Origin: Magallana gigas
Lineage: Eukaryota
Length of the DNA stretch: 64,000 nt
NCBI RefSeq assembly: GCF_963853765.1
Contig: NC_088855.1
Span: 34,162,001-34,226,000, forward strand
Direction of reading: 5' to 3'
Shown here piece by piece: positions 55,326 to 64,000 of the stretch. The notes under the pieces are model-generated. The model ran no database searches. It saw only the letters and a list, made by a program, of their open reading frames with translations, and was not told where the DNA came from. Position numbers and translations under genes: made by a program. How positions within the stretch are numbered: position 1 is the stretch's first letter; each line of letters begins with the position of its first letter.

Positions 55326-56061
55326 ACATTTAAAAAGTAAGCTTTCAAATGTGTATTCTTAAGACCCTCTCTGACATTGTACCCTGTAAGGTAACATGTA
55401 CAAGTATATTTACTAGATTAAATACATGTATGATTTAAGTTGATGTCTTTGCTCTAACTAGTCTATTAGGCTATAACAATGTGATTTCAATAAGAGATAG
55501 TAATGCCGTAATAACAGATGTCATACTTTGAAAAATCATTTTTTTGTAATAACTAGATAATTATGTTGTAGTTATTCATGAGATCATTTCTTGTAATTAC
55601 AAATTTACATGCATTGTACTATTCAACTTAATTGTTTTATAATTTACGTCATAAATAAAATGACCGTCTTTCCCCCATTCTCATGGACAGCGTTAAAAAC
55701 TTCAAGGGATACTTAAAGTCTTGATAATAATGTCAAGAATTTTATGTTAGGACTTATTCACCTACCCAGTACCCACCAACACAATCGGTGATGGTTTTTG
55801 TGAGGTATTTTGCTTTTTAAGATTTATGGTAGGTCTGACCCTCCTTTACACACACCCATTGCGAGTTCGACCGTTAATGCATTAAAGGGTAATCGTTCAT
55901 AGTTCCTAGTTCATAGTTCATGAATCATCAAGTAAATTAAGAACTCAAAATTTATTTTAAATGCAAGTCGTTTCCATCCATTAATGATGTTACGACAAGG
56001 AGTGGGCCTCAAGATAATGATTTTATAAATTAGTGCAAATTTAATAACGTCTGATTCTCCG

Positions 56062-56063
<2 letters not shown>

Positions 56064-56098
<35 letters not shown>
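56064..56098. repeat. (TC)n microsatellite
   Basis: Uninterrupted TC run. Confidence 0.95.
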
Positions 56099-56102
<4 letters not shown>

Positions 56103-57226
56103 TGTTCAATTTTTTATTTAAACTTTTGTACTCGTTAGCTATTTGTTTAACAATGATATCTAAGAATGAATGATTTCGCTATTTTAAAATGTCTTAAATG
56201 CGCACATATATCTTGGAACCAGTACAGCATTTAAGATACAGGTTGGTTACAAAAACGTTTTTGTAATGGACAATTGCGTAACTTGTGTTATTTTCCATGC
56301 AGTTTTATAATTTAAATATTATTTATAAAACATATTGTGCATGCTGGAAGTGACTTTAAATTGTTATGTTGCTGTGACACGTCGGAGCATTTTTCACTAA
56401 TCAGGTCGAGGGAGATTTTAAAGGACAGTCTTCTAATTAGCAGAAGGTTGTTTAACAAAACCACAGAATAAATTTACAAAAGAAAGGCTCTGTTATATGT
56501 TTTCCTTGACAGAGGTACTGAAGAGGCAATCTTTGCATATAAATTGCATTTGTGTAACATAACAGTCTCTATAATTAAAAAAAAAATCTGAATTTAAAAA
56601 CATTTATAAATAGTTATTCATGATAGTGCAAAAAAGGAAACTTTTTAAAATGTTTTCTCTTTAGTGCCTTCCATGTTTATACAGCACATGCATATATTTT
56701 AATTATATTTTGTGAATATTGTAGCTTATGGGATAATATTTGATAATATTTGTTACTAAAAGGCATATATGCCTTTTTTGCTGCATTTTTGCAATGCTGA
56801 AAATTAGACCCAAATTTTTTCAGCATGACTATGAAAAAGAAGTTTATTTTAAAAAAAGGTGGGAGATAAGATAGCGCAAATGCCCATGCATTTGGTTTAG
56901 TCATAATATAAAAAAAAATTTCAATTAAATCTATTTTATAATATTATAATATAAATTTGCAAAAGCACAATTTTTAACTATATTAAGTTTTAAATATTTT
57001 AACAAACGATAAGTAAAAAAAAATATATTGCCATGTGGTTTGGTGATATCGATGCCACAACATAAAAAGCGTATATATGTAAGGTTACCGTTTGTCTGGT
57101 GCTCTAACCACTGAGTCATTGCACTCACAATAAAGTGAGTTATTTAAATGACGGTTTTTTTATAAGTATTAACAATGCATTAATCATGATTTGTAAATGG
57201 TTAACGGCAATATCTCTACAAGCGTA

Positions 57227-58079
57227 TATGGAACGCCATAGCTGCCTTAAGGTCAATTTCATATTATATGAACTGGTATTTCATTTATATGCAATAGTAA
57301 TATCATTATATGCAGTGGTAACATCATTACATGCAGTGGCAACATCATTATATGCAGTGATAACATCATTTTATGCAGTGCTAACATCATTATATAATAT
57401 TATTTCACCATTATATTCAGGGGTAAAATCTATATATGAAGTGGTGACATCATTACGTTATGTCGTAAGATCATTATGTGCAGTAGTTTATTCATTATAT
57501 GTTATGAATAAATCTTTATATGCTATGATAAACTTATAAAGGATTTACAATTGCATGTAAAGCTTTCACCACAATACATAAAGGTTTTACCACCATACAT
57601 AATGGTTTTAATACACCATAACATGATGTCAGTACTGCATATAATGAACTTATCACCTAATGTCAAGAAGTTGCACTGCATAAAAGGATTTTGCAACTGC
57701 ACATGAAGAGTGTACCATATAACATAACGATTGAACAATAGTTCATTATGAGTTTAGCTCTGTATGAAATGAGTTTATCATGTAATATAAAGATTTATTC
57801 ATAGCATAAAATGAATAAACTACTGCACATAATGATCTTACGACATAACGTAATAATATTACCACTTCATATAAAGATTTTACCCTTGAATATAATGATG
57901 AAATAATAGTATATAATGATGTTAGCACTACATAAAATGATGTTATCACTGCATATAATGATGTTATCACTGCATGTAATGATGTTACCACTGCATATAA
58001 TGATATTACTATTGCATATAAATGAAATACCAGTTCATATAATATGAAATTGACCTTAAGGCAGCTATGGCATTCCATA
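57227..58079. mobile_element. Foldback-like element: roughly 310-bp inverted arms built of 21-bp subrepeats
   Basis: TATGGAACGCCATAGCTGCCTTAAGGTCAATTTC... at 57227 is mirrored by ...GAAATTGACCTTAAGGCAGCTATGGCATTCCATA at 58079. The arms contain tandem TATATGCAGTGGTAACATCAT-type units. ORFs 57135-57539 (+) and 57746-58078 (-) translate to near-identical peptides. Confidence 0.8.
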
Positions 58080-59169
58080 AAGGTACATTTAGGAACAATT
58101 ATCTTTCTTGCGAGAAAAAGTTGGGGGGGGGGGGGGGGGCTGAACCCTCTATAATACTATATGCCTAATGGTTAGGGCTAACTTTGCAAAAGGGGGGGGG
58201 GGGGGGGGGGGCTAAGCCCCCCTAGCCCCCCCCCCCCCCCCCCCCCCCCCGGTTCCAACGCCTATGTATTAAACAAACAAACACACACCACTGTGTGACT
58301 CACGCCGCTGTCTAGCAGGAATCCGGTAAGCTTATTGTTAAACATGAAAATTTACTCATATCTAGCACTTGTCCATCTCTCAAAGTGGTCTCAATATAGA
58401 TTCTCATTTTTCTCAGTTCTCTATCAAACTGTTTCTTTCTTTTCTCTCCGAACGCAGAGGCGGATCCAGCAATTTGGAAAAAGGGCTGGGGTCCGTTTGA
58501 TGAAAACAAATATGTGCAAAATTCATCATTTGTTAATAAACAAGGACTTATTGAACGTTTTCCGTGCGTATACAACTATATTTAATAAACATTTATCTCA
58601 TCACTATCTATTTCACATCTATTTCAACAGCAGAGTGCACTGCATTATTGAGCGTTTTGCCGTTTTGGTTTAGGTAAGGAATATTTGCATAATATCTAGC
58701 CTCAAGAAACCCAAGTCTCCAGCAATGAGAAAATGCGTCTATGCTTGATACAAAAGAAACACTAAGAAACAAAAAATAATTCAGACTAATTACGACAAAC
58801 TATCATAAAAATGGATATTTTGGTAATTTTATTTATGTCTTTGATGTTTTTAAATTCTGAACTATTTATCGATTTTGATTTCTATCGATTGCCCTCTTAA
58901 ATAAAGGTCTAATTGATAGGATATGACAAAAGAATGGAAATAACTTATCTGCTGAATAGATGGTGCGTGTGCAATGGTAAAAGCAATTGTCGTCCCAGGG
59001 AACTGGATGTGACCTCTGTAATGGGTGCGCTACATCATCCGGCACTAGTACAGATGCGATCATATTTAGAAAAGTTTTAAAAAGTTGGGCATTTTCATAG
59101 TGGTTTACATAAAAACCCTTTACACGGTATTTTTGTAACAGAATTTCCGATTCTTGGAATCAAAACAAA

Positions 59170-59860
59170 AAAGGCTTTCTTTTGTGTTTCATTATAGGTA
59201 TGAAGGTAGCTAGCATTCCAGAAAAATAGCATAACCCGCATAAGCGTGTCATGTACATGTAATTTTCTTTGCATTTTTCGTATGAAACGAAGTAAAACTC
59301 AGCTATTATAATTAATTTAGTTAATGAACTAAACAATACATTTGAAAGCGGCTTTTTAAAGTAAAACGAATGCGTGCACTCGTACTTGAACGTCGTTTTA
59401 CTCGATGGCTTGTCAGTTCAAAACTGTATGAACTATAATCAATTTTGTTTAAAGAAATAGAGAAGAAAATACATTGTAGATGTTATTATTTATCTGTGTT
59501 TTTAGCGATACTGCTTAATTTTATGTATTTTTTCTTTAATTTTCCACATGTTTACTCAGTGTAGTAAACACCAGATGCTGAAGGGGAGTACACTGTACTT
59601 TATTTCGATAAAAAATCGATAAGGTTTTTTTCTTATAAGAACAAAATTATGGGACGCAGTACGAAATTCTTTAAATAAGCAATTTTAAAAGCATTTATTT
59701 GAGATAATTACAGTATTTCTCTTATAAATGGGAAAAAATTGCCTTTAAATAGGCATTAAACGTTTTCCAAAAACTAAAAATAAACGTTACTCGCTAACTC
59801 GAGTTTAGTATTTTGTTTCCTGCATTGTCGCTACCTTCATACCCGCATGAATAAGAAAGT
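59170..59860. mobile_element. MITE-like element with inverted subterminal GGTATGAAGGTAGC motifs
   Basis: GGTATGAAGGTAGCTAGCATTCCAG near 59197 and TGCATTGTCGCTACCTTCATACC near 59821-59840. A short hairpin relative lies at about 12437-12495. Boundaries approximate. Confidence 0.45.
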
Positions 59861-60490
59861 ATTCTACTGTTCAAATGATTTAAGAATTAATTTCTACATG
59901 AAATTTGTGTAAAAATAGAGTAATGTTTATTGCACTGATCAAATAAATGCATTCAAAAAATTAGAACTTTACTAATTTCACAAACTTGATTATGTGCGTT
60001 ATGAAAATGATGGTATAAATTTACAGACATAATTATGTACACTATAACTTAATTCTAAATTTTTACAAACTTGATTATATGCGCTATAAATATGTGCGTT
60101 ATGAAATAAAATGTGACGAAAAAAATACCTGAAACAATGGATGTTGTGTATGTAAAATCGAAATTTAATGCAACCAATTCGTTATCACGAAATACCGCAT
60201 TAGTCACTCTAAACAATTAGTGAAGCATCAATATTATTATACAAGGTACCATTATGTAAATGAGACAGAATTTGAAATGTTCAGCAAAAAACAAACTCCA
60301 CATGCATGTATGTCATATTTCATTTTTTGATGCAAATGATTTTTTTCCCACGTTATATCAGCGGTAAACGAAGCATTCTCATATAAGACAGCGTGCTTTA
60401 TATTTCGGGCAGTCCTCGCTGAATCGTCCAGAAACCACCAATGTCACTGTGAGACGGAATTCGTCATCGTTCATTTCTTTTTTTTCCAAG

Positions 60491-63400
60491 ATGCGTGTTC
60501 CGATTCTGCTTGTGTTTTTCCCGTGCTTGATATTCGTGAAAGCACAAGTACCACCACCTAATGTGCACCTGGAGAAGATTTCAACTTTGTACGTTCCGTC
60601 GCGGTACAATTCTCACGATTACCCGGAATTCAAGCTTGGAAAGCATGCCGCAGAACAGCTTGCTTACGATCCTGCACAAAAAATCTTGTACGTGACAGGT
60701 AAGATCTATTTGTTTATTTTATAAGTTTATAATTTTCAAAAATTAATTTATTAGTTCTTGTTTGATTTTTTTTCTGCTGTTTTATACTTTTGAATGTATT
60801 TGCTTTTAATGTATGATTGATCTCTTTACTTGTTCCTCTACAATTAAAAAAAGATGATACCGGTACAGTATACCAGTCTTTGACTTTTTGAAAACTGTCT
60901 TGTCCATCGAAAGCACATCGGACGACTTACTCGTATACCCGTTTTGCTCACAATATAATAAATATTTTGTCCGTTTTTCATTACTTGCATTAAAAAAAAA
61001 CATGATAAAAAGTTTGACTTTTTGGAATTTTGAGATATATTACTTTTTGATATTTGACCAAACTTTCATAAAGTTTTTAAAGAAGATGAACACGACATTA
61101 GTTTTTCATCAATCCTTGGATTTCTTCAAATGTTTTGTTATGTACATGTAGCAAAGGGATCTTGGGTCTTGGTCTCGCCTTGAGGACTAATTTCTCTACT
61201 TGAGTTAAACCTACTTCATGACTTTTGCTTTCTTAGCAGAACTTTAAAATGTCTTAGAATTTCAGAATGTAGATTGGGAATCGAACACGTCTTTCTTTTA
61301 TCATGTGCTCGATCCATTAAACTGGTGTAACGATTAACTTCGAAGAAATCAAGCTTAATTTATTGTTTTTTTCTTTAAAGGCGAAGAAAGGCTGAATGTG
61401 GTTGATCTTTCCAACCCATCGGATCCGATAATGCTGTACCGGAAACAGTTTGTCAAAATGGATCCGACAGATGTAGAATACTGCGGAAATCACGTGTTTG
61501 TTTCTGTTGCTAACGACGAGAAACCGGAAGATGGAAAAGTATTGGTGTTCCGGAAGTACAACAGACGACATAACACGATGCCCATTGTGCTCGAGGTTGT
61601 CGGTAAGGTTATTAACAATAGGCATAGAAAAACGTTGCCGGAAAACATCTTGGAAAATTTATAATTATATGTATAAACAAGAATATATTCGCCCGTTTAG
61701 CCTGCTTCCCTTTCAAATTCTGACACCTGGACAGAAACAACGACTCATAAAATGAACGATATGTCAAATTATGAAATATGCCAAGCAATTTCTTTTTCTG
61801 TCGACAAATTATACTACAAAGCAAACATAGAAAATTTAATTATAAGAACATAAATGAGTTAGAATAGAAGACATTTTTGACAGCAATTAAATTGCCAAGT
61901 ACTCCTTGTCATTTATTGCATTACCACAAAATAATTTTTTTCTAGACATATTATGTAAATATAAAGCCTTTTTTGCTGAGGCTTCATCTTAGTAATTTTT
62001 AATGAATAAAAATCGTTGTCTTTTAAAAATTAATCTTGACTTTAAGCCTTAATTAATAACTGTTGCACCAACCAGTTGTCATTGAAACAGGTGTGCTTAA
62101 GCATGCTGAAAGTAATTGCTGCAATGAACACAATTTTATTTTTGTACCGTTTTTCAGCCCTTCTTCGCTTGAATACGGTTTCGCCCCGCCTTTAATTCGC
62201 GCAGACAAAGTTGTGTTAAAAGAGAGATAATTTGAGACATACGAATTTGGCAAGTCTAAATTTTGCTCGCCGACGGCGAGGACGAAAAGGGCGAAAATAA
62301 AAGGGGGTGTATATTACACTATTTAAACAACAGACATACACTGAACGTCTCTATGTCTGTTTCAACAAATTCCGTTGTTTTTCGTTTAAGAGGGCTGGCC
62401 ATTTTAACGGAATAATTAAGAAAAACATAGCTCTGAATAAAGGCATATGAAGTTCATGCTATGAACCCATTCAATTTCAAAGCTGAAATATATGCAATAT
62501 TTCTTTAATGAGTAATAGTTCATAGATTAAAAATTAAATTAAAGTTTGAGGTAGATCGGACGTCTAATTTGTTGAGCACTCAGCCTCCTTATGAGCCGCC
62601 TGAAACAATGAAGGTTTATCATTTAGCATCATTATTTTTGTATCTTGAAACATTTTTTTTAATTCAAATAATTCAAAGCACGAGATAATTAAAGATCTAT
62701 GAAAATATACCGATTTATCACATATGTTGCAGCACAATCAGCCGATAAGCACCATCAATGATTATGTATTTGTTTGATGTTTGGTTTGATTCTCGCACTG
62801 TCATGGTAGCCATAAAATCTCTGTTACAGTGTAATTCCACCATAAATTTCATTTTTACAGTTGGTCCCTCTCCAAATATGCTGCTCCCAACCATAAACTG
62901 TCAAAAGGTACTCGTTGCCCTAGAGGGGGAGGCATTCGCCAGGGGCGGGAATCTGATTGACCCAGAGGGCGCCATTGGTCTCCTCAAATTCCCTTCCAGT
63001 TACATATCCGACACAACATACAGCTACAAAGTGTTGGATTTCCGCAGCTTTAACGACAAGTAATGAATTTATACTTTGTACAGTAACTGCACAGACAATA
63101 TTTGATTATATCACTTAATTTTAACGTGTATTCGTGGTTCTTGTGGACTTCTTTGCGATATCCAATCTTTTCTTTCTAAATGACTTGAAAATGGCATTTT
63201 CTTCTTCCGTTTTCTACATAATTATTTAATTTTCTCAATCGTGTTAAATTCCTACCTAGCTGTAATATATAAATCTCGAGCAAATTTATGCAGATGAGTA
63301 TTAGTAAAACAAAAGGAGGACCCTACCACAGTCGTATGTCACTCTTTGCGTTCTGAATTTTGCAAAAATAAATCATTTTATGAAGAAGTGGAAATGGGTG

Positions 63401-63910
63401 TATTTTTTTGAAATATTTCTCTCAAAGGCAAAAAAAAATATTTATATCTATGTAAAGTAGGGAAATAAGTTTTATTCATATACATTAAATTCAAAAAGTA
63501 TTTTATTCAATATATAAATGCATTGCATTGTCCTGACCATATATGTATTTTCTCCTGAAATATAACTTTGCAATAACTGTTGAAAATCAAATAATATGCC
63601 ATGCTAAGAAAGCCTATTTCTGATAAACTTTTCGAAAAATTTGAATAAAAGTTTAATACATTTTTCCTCTTGATTTACGGGAAAAAAAATTAATTCACCT
63701 TCAAATATAACATGGAATCATATATCGATGAAGAAATATTGATTAGATGAACGTTTTTATTATTATTATTTCTTTATAAGATACCCAATACTAGCAAGAA
63801 GCGGCGTGCGCTATGTCTACAAAGAAAATGGAAACACCCTGGCGCAGGATTTAGAACCAGAACATATTACATTCAGTGCCGATGAAAAGAAGGCTTATAT
63901 CAGTTTGCAG
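60491..63910 (+). CDS. msp130: msp130-like (mesenchyme-specific cell-surface glycoprotein; bacterial alkaline-phosphatase/choice-of-anchor I-related beta-propeller), 3'-partial
   Basis: Exons 60491-60698, 61381-61602, 62861-63059 and 63781-63910 join in frame. Signal peptide MRVPILLVFFPCLIFVKA; AAEQLAYDPAQKILYVTG; VVDLSNPSDP; VGPSPNML...VLVALEGE; DPEGAIGLL; QDLEPEHITFSADEKKAYISLQ (family pattern DLEPEY..S.DG..AYVSLQE). Confidence 0.88.
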
Positions 63911-64000
63911 GTACAGTGTTTCGTAATTGAAGGTACAACCAGATAAGACCGGATAACTAGTTTTGGTCCCAATGACGTTTCCAGAGTTGTGAAGCAAGCT

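Noticed and set aside
57135-58078. 134-aa and 110-aa ORFs with (V.SLYAV) repeats
   Set aside because: These are by-products of a 21-bp (7-codon) repeat in inverted arms, with no splice or start context.
58312-58575. 87-aa minus-strand ORF with a protein-like stretch (ELRKMRIYIETTLRDGQVLD)
   Set aside because: No recognisable homology, no convincing flanking splice sites or partner exons, and it overlaps a MITE-like GAGGCGGATCCAG fragment.

Overview
Eukaryotic, AT-rich, intron-dense genomic DNA, very likely Pacific oyster (Crassostrea/Magallana gigas) or a close relative. The species call rests on a 166-bp Cg170/HindIII-type satellite, Helentron-type non-autonomous elements, a C1qDC gene and an msp130-like gene. 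Eight multi-exon protein-coding genes were reconstructed by eye from GT-AG boundaries. In order: AHCY (-, last exon outside the window), a GST omega (+), a secreted C1q-domain protein (-), UTP4 (-), CPSF1 (+), DHRS1 (-), an ankyrin-repeat/SOCS-box protein (+) and an msp130-like glycoprotein (+, continues past the window). Introns and intergenic DNA contain four non-autonomous Helentrons carrying tandem arrays (two nested in DHRS1 intron 5), Kolobok-type and pogo-type MITEs, tRNA-derived fragments, a foldback-like inverted element and simple repeats. There is a 168-N gap at 5308-5475. No true rRNA, tRNA or CRISPR array was found. The most notable observations are a tandem amplification of a CPSF1 5' splice site, a Helentron whose 3' end sits about 10 nt from a DHRS1 splice acceptor, a reconstructable nested insertion, and motif substitutions in the bacterially derived msp130-like gene. 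I found no clear-cut wholly new system. Exon coordinates are hand-derived, element boundaries are approximate, and family assignments come from recalled motifs rather than database searches.
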